36,593 bases of DNA from a virus (lineage: Duplodnaviria; Caudoviricetes). The notes under the pieces were generated by a model, which saw only the letters and a list, made by a program, of their open reading frames with translations, ran no database searches and had not been told where the DNA came from. A program made the position numbers and the translations under genes. Positions 1-9,279 of the stretch are shown here, piece by piece; position 1 is the first letter of the stretch, and each line of letters opens with the position of its first letter. The stretch lies in IMG/VR virus record IMGVR_UViG_3300031949_000106, positions 1-36,593 of that record, one strand, 5' to 3'.

Positions 1-259
1 CAAAAGCTTTCGGGTTCACAATTGAGGACACAGTGGCATTAATGGGTAAGCTCCGGGATGCCGGGTTTGATGCTTCAAGTTCAGCTACCGCAACAAGAAA
101 CATCTTGCTTAATTTGGCAGACGCAAATGGCAAACTTACAAAAGCATTAGGAGGACCGGTCAAATCATTCGATGAAATGATACCCGCGCTGGTCAAACTA
201 AGAACGTCAGGGGTCGATCTTAATTCTACATTGCAACTCACTGATAAACGGTCTGTAGC
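1..259. repeat. Terminal direct repeat (copy of 36335-36593); circular/permuted genome ends
   Basis: 1-127 is identical to 36335-36461; the remaining 132 bp differ at 12 positions. Confidence 0.97.
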
Positions 260-1607
260 TGCTTTCAACCAATTCTTACAAGGAGCTGAAAACGCGCTTG
301 TGTTGCGCGATTCACTTATTGATGTGAAAGATGAATTGACGAAGATGGTCAATACGAAAACAGATACAGTAGAGGGGGCATTGAATAGAATCAAGTCAGC
401 ATGGGAGGGCTTGCTATTAACATCCGGCGGTGGTACTGACTGGCTGAAAAATGATCTTGACAATTGGGCAAAATTAATACTTGTTTGGCAGGACGGCCAA
501 ATCCCCGGATGGAAGAAGTTTTGGGCTTCCGTTCGTAGATCTGCGATGAATGAATATTACGACCAAATAATAAAACGACAAGAGGACGATGCAGCCGCAC
601 AGGAGCGAGTAAATTCAACTACATTGGCCGAGCTTGAAAAACAATACGACAACTACGTACAGCAATTTATTAAAATGACTATTCACGGCAATGATGAAGC
701 CGCAAAGCATTACGAGGGATTAGCCGACGATGTGCGTAAGTTGATCAAAGAAATGAAAAGCTCTATTGAAGAGCTACCGGGCGAAGGATTAGCAAAACCA
801 TTCTCGACACTTGACGATCGAATTAATGAAACGAAGAACACGATAAAAGAGCTTGAGGCGCAACTAATAAATGGATACATAATTGATGTTGATAAGATTG
901 TCGAGACAACAGGAAAAATAGACACACTTAAAAGCTCACTGGAATCGCTTGTTGAAATTCAAACACGGCTAAATAATTCGCAACGTTCAGCCGCCCCATC
1001 AATGATTAGCGGGATCGGGCAAAGCACATTCACCGGCGGCGAGTCTTATTTTGGTGGTGAAGATGGGTTGGGAGACATGTCCAGTTTCTTAGCGGCCAAT
1101 GCCGAACGCATGAAAAAGACAATGGATGCAATGCTCGAAGATGGGCGCGCTTTTTCGGCTGAGTTTAACACTGTAATGTCACAAGGGGCGGCAGATGCTA
1201 TACAAACATTTGCCGCAAGTATTGGCGAAGGATTAGCGACGGGTAACTGGGATGACTTCGGGAAAGATATATTATCAGCGGTTGGAAGTTTTATGCAACA
1301 ATTAGGGGCATTGTTTATTTCATTTGGTACTTATCTTTTAATGGCACAAACAGGAGCCAGCACTCTAAACCCGTGGCTAATGATTGCAGCCGGGGCAGGA
1401 CTCGTCGCGGCCGGAGCGGCAATATCCGCGCTATCAGCAAAAGGCATGAAGGGTGGCGGGGCTTCTTACGCCTCATCCGGTGGCGGTGGATATAATGCGC
1501 CGTCTGCCGTGGCAGCTTTGAGCGGTAATGTTGTATTTGAGCTGGAAGGAACAAAACTCAAGGGAGCGATTGATAATACTAATAGACGGAATAGTTTGAT
1601 AAGATAA
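3..1607 (+). CDS. Tail tape measure protein, C-terminal part (continues from 35761 across the join; 726 aa in total)
   Basis: In frame with the 35761 ORF through the terminal repeat; helical, Ala/Gly-rich, hydrophobic C-terminal segments; follows the tail chaperone genes. Confidence 0.92.
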   Translation, partial: KAFGFTIEDTVALMGKLRDAGFDASSSATATRNILLNLADANGKLTKALGGPVKSFDEMIPALVKLRTSGVDLNSTLQLTDKRSVAAFNQFLQGAENALVLRDSLIDVKDELTKMVNTKTDTVEGALNRIKSAWEGLLLTSGGGTDWLKNDLDNWAKLILVWQDGQIPGWKKFWASVRRSAMNEYYDQIIKRQEDDAAAQERVNSTTLAELEKQYDNYVQQFIKMTIHGNDEAAKHYEGLADDVRKLIKEMKSSIEELPGEGLAKPFSTLDDRINETKNTIKELEAQLINGYIIDVDKIVETTGKIDTLKSSLESLVEIQTRLNNSQRSAAPSMISGIGQSTFTGGESYFGGEDGLGDMSSFLAANAERMKKTMDAMLEDGRAFSAEFNTVMSQGAADAIQTFAASIGEGLATGNWDDFGKDILSAVGSFMQQLGALFISFGTYLLMAQTGASTLNPWLMIAAGAGLVAAGAAISALSAKGMKGGGASYASSGGGGYNAPSAVAALSGNVVFELEGTKLKGAIDNTNRRNSLIR

Positions 1608-1612
1608 TCAAC

Positions 1613-1771
1613 ATGAAAAAGAAGATTTCAGATATAGCGTTAATGCTTATAATGATTATAATGTTATGGGTAGCTATAACTACCACTATTCAAAGATTTA
1701 AAAACACAGAAATGACAGAAACTGAGCTGTTTTTAAATATTCCAGATTCATTTATATTAAATTGGAAGTAA
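1613..1771 (+). CDS. 52-aa single-pass membrane protein (MKKKISDIALMLIMIIMLWVAITTTIQRF...), not in the ORF track
   Basis: ATG 5 nt after the TMP stop; TAA overlaps the next ATG (TAATG); basic N-terminus followed by a hydrophobic helix; AT-rich. Confidence 0.7.
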   Translation: MKKKISDIALMLIMIIMLWVAITTTIQRFKNTEMTETELFLNIPDSFILNWK

Positions 1772-3810
1772 TGGCACACCAGAAAAAATATTTTTACCAA
1801 TATACAGGACTTGATGGCAAAGGCTATGTGGTTGAATTATGGCAAGATACGGAGGACGCACTTGCAGCCGAAGAAGTGACAGGCGGGAATGTTCCTTTTG
1901 TTGTTGAAATGCCGGAGCTTGACCACAAGTTCCAGGTGGTACGCGGCAAAGGGTGCGCCATTGAGATATTTTCCGATGTGGATATGAAATTTTATAATGG
2001 GCTGTATCATGTAGATCCGCAGGAATTTATGGTATATCAATATGTCGATTCGGTTCTTGATTTTGTTGGATATCTCAATTCCGAGATGTATCGGGAGCCA
2101 TACGACCGGGTGAAATATACGATCTCAGTAACCGGCGCGGACGGTTTTTCATTGATGGATCGCTTTTCTTTCCTGCAATTAGGCGGCTCAAATTACACGG
2201 GCATAAAATCAAAGTGGGAGATACTGCAAATCGTATTAGACAAAATCAATTTGCCTTGGAATGAAATATTGATTTCACTATCAACAACGTTTAGCGGCTA
2301 TTCAGCGGCGGCATCCAGCACTATATTACATGAGTCGTATGTGGACTGCTCGAATTTCTATGATGAAGATAACGAAGCCATGACACTCAGAGAAGTAGTA
2401 GAGTCGATCCTTGCACCTTACGGAGCGACAATAGAAGCCGAAAGCGGCAATATTTACATCAAAGACATACACACGCTTGCCGCTGGCGGTTCGATTACTT
2501 ACAAACGCTTTAATGCGTCAACTTACGCGTATATTGCCGGACTTGTTGAGTCAAACGAAAAAGCCATTTCTACTATCCAATATGCCGGAACCGGGCAAAG
2601 TATCGAAATTTCCGGCGGGGTGAATAAGCAGGTGGTTGTTTATTCCCCATACCCATTAAAAACGATATTAGACGGATCTATTGCATCCATTGATGAGTTT
2701 GAAACAGTGCCGGCCAGTTTTTCAAGCAAAGACGGATATTCATACAAGACCCTTGAGGGGAATGATTACTGGAACGAAACAACCCCCGCAACATTTGAAA
2801 TGTCTTATTATCAAGACCAATCAAATGCAAATGTTTATCTTCGATGGCCTGTATTGGCCACAAATCAAAAGGTAGCAGAACTTTCTATAAGCCGCTATTT
2901 AAACATATCAGGGGCAACAAGAAAAACAGGAGGAGGAAGACTAGGATGGGAGAATGGAGTTTTAATAAGCATATCTATCGACACGCTTTTAAAGACGAAG
3001 ACAAATCCATACGATTCAATAGATCCTGAAAATATAATAACGTCAATTGTTCTTAGCTTTAGATTGAGTATTGGTGGTAAATATTATGTGTTTGATAGGT
3101 TTTCTGATTTTCTTTGGACAACCACAATAGGCAATACAGAAGTCTTTTTATATGAAAGTAATTTTTCAGATGAATTTGTAACCCCGGATGATAATTTCAC
3201 AACAACAAAGGGAATAGATATTGTGATTGGTAATTTATCTGGTGACCTGATTGTTGACGGAGACATCGGATTCGAAATATGGTCTGACATTAGAGCAAAG
3301 AAAGCAGGGGCCGCAGATTATGATACAAACCCATCATACGTAGATGAAGTTTGGGTAAAAAATATATCGGTAAATATGAAAGACATTAATGGTAATGAGA
3401 TTTCAGACACCGACATTGAATACATCGGATTACTTGATAACCGTTTTCAGAACGAAGGCGAAACAATCACCCTAACAACCGGCACTGATTCACTTTATGC
3501 TGACCGGGCGAAGATCCTAAGAAATGATGGAACGGACTATCTATCGATAAAGGAATGGACACGCGCCACACAAACATTCAAAATTGAGGAACTACTACTT
3601 GGTTCTGTAAGTTCAAACTATCGGACTGGTTTTGTATCTTTGAACGGGATGAAGCTCAGAAACGCGTTTAAACTTCGGAATGTATTGACAGATACATTTA
3701 TTGCAGGAAAAAAAATGATGGTGAAATCTGCAAGTATTGACTATCGGAATAACCGGATAGAATGTGACTTGGTAGAAATTTCACAGGATGAGTTAATAAT
3801 TGTAAAGTAA
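1771..3810 (+). CDS. Tail tip / baseplate hub-like structural protein
   Basis: 679-aa beta-rich acidic ORF directly after TMP; start reassigned to ATG 1771; function from position only. Confidence 0.65.
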   Translation: MAHQKKYFYQYTGLDGKGYVVELWQDTEDALAAEEVTGGNVPFVVEMPELDHKFQVVRGKGCAIEIFSDVDMKFYNGLYHVDPQEFMVYQYVDSVLDFVGYLNSEMYREPYDRVKYTISVTGADGFSLMDRFSFLQLGGSNYTGIKSKWEILQIVLDKINLPWNEILISLSTTFSGYSAAASSTILHESYVDCSNFYDEDNEAMTLREVVESILAPYGATIEAESGNIYIKDIHTLAAGGSITYKRFNASTYAYIAGLVESNEKAISTIQYAGTGQSIEISGGVNKQVVVYSPYPLKTILDGSIASIDEFETVPASFSSKDGYSYKTLEGNDYWNETTPATFEMSYYQDQSNANVYLRWPVLATNQKVAELSISRYLNISGATRKTGGGRLGWENGVLISISIDTLLKTKTNPYDSIDPENIITSIVLSFRLSIGGKYYVFDRFSDFLWTTTIGNTEVFLYESNFSDEFVTPDDNFTTTKGIDIVIGNLSGDLIVDGDIGFEIWSDIRAKKAGAADYDTNPSYVDEVWVKNISVNMKDINGNEISDTDIEYIGLLDNRFQNEGETITLTTGTDSLYADRAKILRNDGTDYLSIKEWTRATQTFKIEELLLGSVSSNYRTGFVSLNGMKLRNAFKLRNVLTDTFIAGKKMMVKSASIDYRNNRIECDLVEISQDELIIVK

Positions 3811-3836
3811 GCAACAGCGGCAAATAATAAGCAGAA

Positions 3837-5813
3837 ATGGCAGACGTAAACGTAAAAAGCATAAGTGTACCTAGGATATCCCGAAATAAAAGAATTTACC
3901 AGGGAAACACAGCAATATCCACAGCGATAAGCCAAACCGGAGGCGGGGCTGCTATTGATTGGGCGGTAGTGACTGATGACTTGGTAACCATTAACCGTGA
4001 TTTACATGTTCAGGGGCAAATATCAGCCAGTGAGGAAGTCATCGCATGGATTGCTTCGGCTGTAGAAAGTGACGTATTAGCCAACTTGACCGCAACGGCC
4101 CCGCTTCGGAAAAGTACTGATTCAAATGTTGTGCTGGATTATGATGATACACAGTTCGAAGTTGTTGGTGGTGATCTTAAAATTCGTGATGATTTCGCAG
4201 GAGGTGGATCCGTCACTTCGGTAGGACTATCCGCGCCAACTGGGTTTAGTGTTTCAGGATCCCCAATTACAGGAGCCGGAACGCTTGGATTATCTTTTGC
4301 GGCGGGGTATAGCTTGCCAACTACGGTAAAACAGGGGCAGTGGGATACGGCATATGGCTGGGGTGACCATGCGGCGGCTGGGTATCAACCTCTAATTACA
4401 GGCGGTGCAACCACAATAACAGGCACAAACTTAACTGCAAACCGGGCTTTGATTTCAAACGCATCCGGTAAGGTGGCAGTAAGTGCCGTGACAGCAACTG
4501 AGCTGGGCTATTTGGACGGGGTGACAAGCGCAATTCAAACGCAGTTGAACGGGAAACAGGCAGCATTAGTCTCAGGCACAAACATAAAGACGGTTAATTC
4601 AAATTCATTATTAGGTCCAGGCAACATTTCTATTGCACCGATGGTTTATCCGGGTGCTGGAATACCTGTATCAACTGGTTCAGCTTGGGGAACTTCGATA
4701 ACCAATAATTCAAGCAACTGGAACACCGCCTACACCGACCGCCTAAAGTGGGATGGAGGGGCAACCGGATTAAATGCCGGAACAGGGCGTACGAGCTTAG
4801 GCGGTTCGACAATCGGGCAATCAGTTTTCACTTCTGCAAACCCCTCCGCAATTCGGTTTCTACGTGCAAATGCTGATAATACTTCCAGTTGGCTTGATGC
4901 TTCGGCTTTTCGTACGGCAATTGGAGCAGGCACAAGCTCTTTGTCATTAGGAGAAACAAGTTCTACAGCTTACAGGGGAGATAGGGGAAAGATAGCCTAT
5001 GACCACTCCCAACTCACAACCGGAAACCCGCATCAGACTGGCATTGATGATTTGACGGATGCGAGTAATGTTGCTAAGTTGGATGCGAGTAGTCATGCTT
5101 TTACGGGATCTGGGAATCATACGTTTGCAGGTAATTTTGGTGTTAAAAACCCATCTCCTACGTATATAGTAGATATTGGAACTCCCAATACTGAAAATTC
5201 ACAGGATATAATAAGGATGATGCCCAATAATGGACCTCCTGCAGGCGATGGGTTGGGTTATGGTAGTGGTTTAATTATCAAAGCGCTGCTTGGCAGCTAC
5301 ACAAAAAGGACATCGGGCATACTACAAACAGCAGAGGGCAACTATTTTCGCGGTGGACTTGCATTTTTCACAAACAATACGGCAGACGCTACTACTGATT
5401 GGGTAGAATCTATGCGTCTAAATCGATTTGGAAACTTACTTGTCAAAACGACTACAGACAGCGGCGATGCTGTAAATGTAAATGGCAATATCCAAGCCAC
5501 AACCGCCAAACTAACCTCCTTGTCAGACGGCTATCTTCCGTATCACGTTTCAGATGCAAGCGGACTGGCTAATTCAATAGTAAGTCAATCAGGAAGTACG
5601 CTGAATGTGGCAGGAAGCATTGTAGCCACCGGCCTAATTCGCACAAATTCAAAATACGAGCTTCGAAATTCATCCGGCGTTTTAAAATGGTCTTTCGAAT
5701 TGTCCGGTGATGATTTGCTATTTAAAAATGCAAGCGGAGCAACACGTGGCAAAATGGATCAGTCAGGTAACTTCGTCGCAGTTGGGGAGGTCACCGCGTA
5801 TGGGACTGTATAG
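3837..5813 (+). CDS. Tail fibre protein
   Basis: 658 aa, Gly/Ser/Thr/Ala-rich; fibre-like segments (GSVTSVGLSAPTGFSVSGSPIT, LVSGTNIKTVN, NWNTAY, LGETSSTAYRGDRG); position in tail module. Confidence 0.8.
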   Translation: MADVNVKSISVPRISRNKRIYQGNTAISTAISQTGGGAAIDWAVVTDDLVTINRDLHVQGQISASEEVIAWIASAVESDVLANLTATAPLRKSTDSNVVLDYDDTQFEVVGGDLKIRDDFAGGGSVTSVGLSAPTGFSVSGSPITGAGTLGLSFAAGYSLPTTVKQGQWDTAYGWGDHAAAGYQPLITGGATTITGTNLTANRALISNASGKVAVSAVTATELGYLDGVTSAIQTQLNGKQAALVSGTNIKTVNSNSLLGPGNISIAPMVYPGAGIPVSTGSAWGTSITNNSSNWNTAYTDRLKWDGGATGLNAGTGRTSLGGSTIGQSVFTSANPSAIRFLRANADNTSSWLDASAFRTAIGAGTSSLSLGETSSTAYRGDRGKIAYDHSQLTTGNPHQTGIDDLTDASNVAKLDASSHAFTGSGNHTFAGNFGVKNPSPTYIVDIGTPNTENSQDIIRMMPNNGPPAGDGLGYGSGLIIKALLGSYTKRTSGILQTAEGNYFRGGLAFFTNNTADATTDWVESMRLNRFGNLLVKTTTDSGDAVNVNGNIQATTAKLTSLSDGYLPYHVSDASGLANSIVSQSGSTLNVAGSIVATGLIRTNSKYELRNSSGVLKWSFELSGDDLLFKNASGATRGKMDQSGNFVAVGEVTAYGTV

Positions 5814-5836
5814 GCGAATGATAAAGTATGTGAAAC

Positions 5837-5880
5837 ATGACATTTATCATGCTTTTATTATTGGAGGTTTTGTAAATTTG
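5837..5880 (+). promoter_or_regulatory. Promoter: ATGAC-N4-ATCAT palindrome, 22 bp, then TAAATTTG (-7 box)
   Basis: Perfect Bacteroidota TAnnTTTG at 5873-5880; palindrome at 5837-5850; same layout at five other sites. Confidence 0.75.
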
Positions 5881-5942
5881 AAACACCTGGCGATGTTGCC
5901 GTGGTTAAAACAAATGAAATGAAAAAGTTAAAAACAAACAGA

Positions 5943-6350
5943 ATGAAAAAATTGATCATTATTTTAGCGGTGGTGTTTGCGGGGTTAGCAAGTTCCGCGC
6001 AAACCCTTGTGTATAATTCAATCGGATTTCAATATACTCCGATGGTTCATGAAATTTGCAAGGAGCTGGATATTAATACTACGGTCTATTTGACTTACAC
6101 AATAAAAGACGTCAAAGGATACGTTCACAAGGCGCCACATGCCTACATTATTTATGTGAACCCGTCCGAAATAAATTTCAAGGATGTAATCGCTCACGAG
6201 CTTGTCCATGTTTGGCAATATGAGACAGGAAGATTAGTCGGGCATGAGTCTTTTTATGATATTAAGAAAGGCAGATACACAGAAGATTCACTTATCTTTG
6301 AAAAAGAAGCCCGGACATTAGGGCGCAAACTTTACAAAAAATATAAATAA
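5943..6350 (+). CDS. Secreted zinc metallopeptidase-like protein (HExxH)
   Basis: Signal peptide MKKLIIILAVVFAGLASSA|Q; VIAHELVHVWQY with downstream FEKEA; start reassigned to 5943. Confidence 0.75.
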   Translation: MKKLIIILAVVFAGLASSAQTLVYNSIGFQYTPMVHEICKELDINTTVYLTYTIKDVKGYVHKAPHAYIIYVNPSEINFKDVIAHELVHVWQYETGRLVGHESFYDIKKGRYTEDSLIFEKEARTLGRKLYKKYK

Positions 6351-7511
6351 ATGGCATTAGGCACGACATACATATCCGTAACACTCGTAAAAACTGAATT
6401 ATCGGAATCGGTTAATTCGGTTGGTGGGCTGTGTACTTCGGATAATATCAATAAATGGAGTAGATGGAAACCAACATCAATAAATAAATCATACGGCATT
6501 GTAGATGCTGATTTTGTTAACGCTAATTTTGGGTTAACTATTCCGGTTTGGGATGGAACAAATCAGGTTTGGACATATACCAAGCCGACAGGCGTCAGTT
6601 CTTCGCCGTATCGACTTGGTGACTTTAGGAATTATAATCATTCGGCGGTGGCTCCGTTTAGAATAACAGATAGAGACGGCGAAGATTTTAATTTAATTGC
6701 ATCTTCACTGCTTGCATTTCCAGGATTTGAAGCACCCGCCGGAATTTATCACATATCCCTCGATGACTTACCGGACTTGGACGGATATTACTTTGCCTGT
6801 CAAATTACAAATGAATCATCTGATGTGGTTTGGGGATCAACTGCCAACGAGGTTATTGAAGTTGATTTCGATGCGGCTCCATTCACTTCATCAAATTGGC
6901 GGTCTGGTGATTTGGAATTTAAGTTCTTTTTTGCAAGTGAACTGAAAGGGTTTAATGATGCAAACTTAACTCACGACCGCAAAGCACTGAATTACGACAT
7001 TGACCATCCAACTACTCAGACGGTGACGATAGTGCAACAGGCGACAATTGAGGCGCAAATAACAGGGGTGAGGGCTAGTTTGTCATCTGGCACATGGTCA
7101 ACTGTTAATGACAGTTCATTTGATCAAGAAGGAAACGTAATAAACGGTTATGATCTTACAAGCTCAATGGCCATAAGAGTCAGATTTAAAAGTTTAACGG
7201 GAGCCGCACAAACATTGAACGGAACTGATTTGTCTTGGGGAGTAAATCGAACTCATAATTACATGGGTGGATATACCCGTCCGATGGCTGGATCGATGTA
7301 TAACATTTCTGGATCTTCCATTTCCTCGGTTTCAGCACCGGACGGAACTTTTGGAACAGAGATAATCCTATATGATGCTAATATCATGAACCGCAATTCA
7401 TCCGGCGATCCTGCAACGGTCACGCCTCCGAAAGAAACGGAAACTACAATGTTAGTTAAACAGTTGACTTTCACAATCGGAGCGGCTACTAAGATATTTA
7501 CAGTGTATTAA
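6351..7511 (+). CDS. Putative tail-tip / receptor-binding protein
   Basis: 386 aa, beta-rich; N-terminal INKWSRWKP and PYRLGDFRNY motifs that I associate with Bacteroidota phage tail proteins; last gene of the tail block. Confidence 0.55.
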   Translation: MALGTTYISVTLVKTELSESVNSVGGLCTSDNINKWSRWKPTSINKSYGIVDADFVNANFGLTIPVWDGTNQVWTYTKPTGVSSSPYRLGDFRNYNHSAVAPFRITDRDGEDFNLIASSLLAFPGFEAPAGIYHISLDDLPDLDGYYFACQITNESSDVVWGSTANEVIEVDFDAAPFTSSNWRSGDLEFKFFFASELKGFNDANLTHDRKALNYDIDHPTTQTVTIVQQATIEAQITGVRASLSSGTWSTVNDSSFDQEGNVINGYDLTSSMAIRVRFKSLTGAAQTLNGTDLSWGVNRTHNYMGGYTRPMAGSMYNISGSSISSVSAPDGTFGTEIILYDANIMNRNSSGDPATVTPPKETETTMLVKQLTFTIGAATKIFTVY

Positions 7512-7557
7512 CAAAATAAAACAGTATATTGACCAAATAAAACGGCACTTAGTAATT

Positions 7558-7845
7558 ATGAAAACTCTAACAAAATACCTCCTTCCACTATTGACAGGCT
7601 TTCTTTTAGGCATTATCTTTATGCTGAAAAGGATTAAACCTGTGATCAATGCTGACACGTATATTGAGAGCATGGAGCAGCGGGTAAATAAACTAAAACA
7701 GAAAGGCACAAACAATGAGCAAACTACCAAAGGCAGTATTAATATCGAACCCGGACGCGGCGAAGGTGAAGCCCTTTCAAATCGGGAAGAGCGTAAAGCC
7801 AAGAGACAAGCCAGACGCGAAGAAAGAAGAAACAACCGCAAATAA
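7558..7845 (+). CDS. Membrane-anchored protein with basic C-terminus, lysis region
   Basis: N-terminal hydrophobic helix, Arg/Lys/Glu-rich tail. Confidence 0.6.
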   Translation: MKTLTKYLLPLLTGFLLGIIFMLKRIKPVINADTYIESMEQRVNKLKQKGTNNEQTTKGSINIEPGRGEGEALSNREERKAKRQARREERRNNRK

Positions 7846-7939
7846 GCCGCCTGTCGTGTTGGGTTTCGGAAGGTAGACCAGTGCCCGGGTAGCTTCAAGT
7901 AGATATTAACCGCCCGACTTTGGGCATAAAACAAGTAAA

Positions 7940-8176
7940 ATGAAAGAAATATTATTGAATTTGGATTGGGGTGAAATCGTGGCGTATGTAGTCGCATTCC
8001 TGTTGGGATCCGGGCTGATTGCCGGATTCCTGACAAAAGCAAAGACACGGATTGCCGCGCTTGCTGAATTGCTTGCTGCATTTTCAGAGGCTATTGAAGA
8101 CAACCGAATCGACGCCAACGAACGGCAGGATCTTGTGATTAAGGCGCGTGAGTTGATTGGTAAAAAGAAGCCCTAG
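7940..8176 (+). CDS. Putative holin
   Basis: 78 aa, N-terminal TM helix, amphipathic segment, basic C-terminus; upstream of the endolysin. Confidence 0.55.
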   Translation: MKEILLNLDWGEIVAYVVAFLLGSGLIAGFLTKAKTRIAALAELLAAFSEAIEDNRIDANERQDLVIKARELIGKKKP

Positions 8177-8209
8177 CGCGAATTTAAAAAGAGTGAAGAA
8201 CAGCAAGGG

Positions 8210-8593
8210 GTGAGATTCCCCTTGTTCAAAAAGATGAGAGGCATGTCAGAGAGGGAGAGTAGATTTATCAAAATACTTACAGGAGTATTGACGACTTTTT
8301 TAATAGCGCTTGCATTGGGCGCTTTTGCTTTTTACAGAGCTACAATAGTTCAAGACGCATTGCAGGATCAGCGCATCGGCAATACTGAATTAAGGGTTGA
8401 AAAACTAGAATCTTTTGATAAATATTTCCCATCCAACGGGGAGTTTCATAGATCGGTAAAAGTTCTGGATGAAAAGATTTTAAAAAATTCGGTTGAGCTT
8501 GAACAGGTAAGAAGGGAAACAAGGGAGGACTTCAAAGATATTAATAGTAAACTTGATCGGTTGATTGAAATTCAAATGAAGCGCGGCGGCTGA
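8210..8593 (+). CDS. Membrane protein with coiled coil (holin- or spanin-like), lysis cassette
   Basis: One TM helix followed by heptad-rich sequence; directly before the endolysin; exact start uncertain. Confidence 0.5.
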   Translation: MRFPLFKKMRGMSERESRFIKILTGVLTTFLIALALGAFAFYRATIVQDALQDQRIGNTELRVEKLESFDKYFPSNGEFHRSVKVLDEKILKNSVELEQVRRETREDFKDINSKLDRLIEIQMKRGG

Positions 8594-8652
8594 TCGCAAT
8601 TAAAAAGATATAAAATATGACGCTAAGGCAAAAACAGGAAGGAACATAGGGT

Positions 8653-8982
8653 ATGACACTAGGACAAAAACAGGAAGTATTTTTATACAACGTCGGGCGG
8701 TTGATCGTTTGGGCGTTCGAGAATGGGTATCACCTTCGACCAGGTGAGCTTCAGCGGACAGTTGAGCAGCAAAGATTTTACTTTGAAACAGGCAAAAGCA
8801 AGACAATGGAAAGCCGCCACATTGACAAGCTGGCAATTGATTTGTATTTGATTGTTGATGGTAAACTAGCGCCAAAATACAGATACGCAGAATTGGCGGC
8901 GAAGTGGAAAAGCTTAGATCCGGATAACGTTGCTGGCTATGATTGGGCGTGGGATGCAAATCATTTTGAAATGCGGCCGTAA
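8653..8982 (+). CDS. Endolysin, peptidase M15 family (L-Ala-D-Glu endopeptidase-like)
   Basis: R-T-x-E-Q-Q, SRH-x6-D (SRHIDKLAID) and DxxH (DANHFE) zinc motifs. Confidence 0.88.
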   Translation: MTLGQKQEVFLYNVGRLIVWAFENGYHLRPGELQRTVEQQRFYFETGKSKTMESRHIDKLAIDLYLIVDGKLAPKYRYAELAAKWKSLDPDNVAGYDWAWDANHFEMRP

Positions 8983-9060
8983 CTCCCCGGCAACTATTCC
9001 CCGGGTAAGTATTCTATGGTAATTCCCCGGCAACTATTCCCCGGGTAAGTATTGCACGGT
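8981..9060. repeat. Tandem direct repeat, 2 x 40 bp
   Basis: 30-bp identical core TCCCCGGCAACTATTCCCCGGGTAAGTATT at 8984-9013 and 9024-9053. Confidence 0.95.
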
Positions 9061-9174
9061 TAAAGTATTATTCCGATATTTACAGCACACATTACCACGA
9101 AGCGATTTTAGAAGCAAGGCGATTTTTTCATGTATTAGTTTGTTTGTGATTGATTTTAGTTAGGTTGGACAGCG

Positions 9175-9204
9175 AAAAGCCCGGTAAATTTACCGGGCTT
9201 TTTT
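9175..9204. terminator. Bidirectional intrinsic terminator between the converging late and early arms
   Basis: Perfect 28-bp palindrome AAAAGCCCGGTAAATTTACCGGGCTTTT (9175-9202) with A and T tails. Confidence 0.85.
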
Positions 9205-9279
9205 GTTGAGAACTCGTTCTGTTAAGTAGTGCTTTGCGCCGGTATGGTAGCCGGAAAATCACAAAGCTAAAAAAGATCG

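Noticed and set aside
6697-6945. Nested alternative-frame ORFs in late genes (also 27368-28000, 31405-31689, 32020-32229) as possible o-spanins or overprinted genes
   Set aside because: No lipobox or signal peptide and no recognisable motifs, unlike the nested MTase beta frame.
3837-7511. Diversity-generating retroelement targeting tail genes
   Set aside because: No reverse transcriptase ORF. The only long near-repeat (the termini) differs at synonymous third positions, not specifically at adenines.
7452-8118. 209-aa and 70-aa minus-strand ORFs over the lysis region
   Set aside because: Antisense shadows of better plus-strand genes; no motifs or start context.
8981-9060. Possible mini-CRISPR array
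   Set aside because: Only two units, about 10 bp between the identical cores, no spacer-sized unique sequence and no cas genes.
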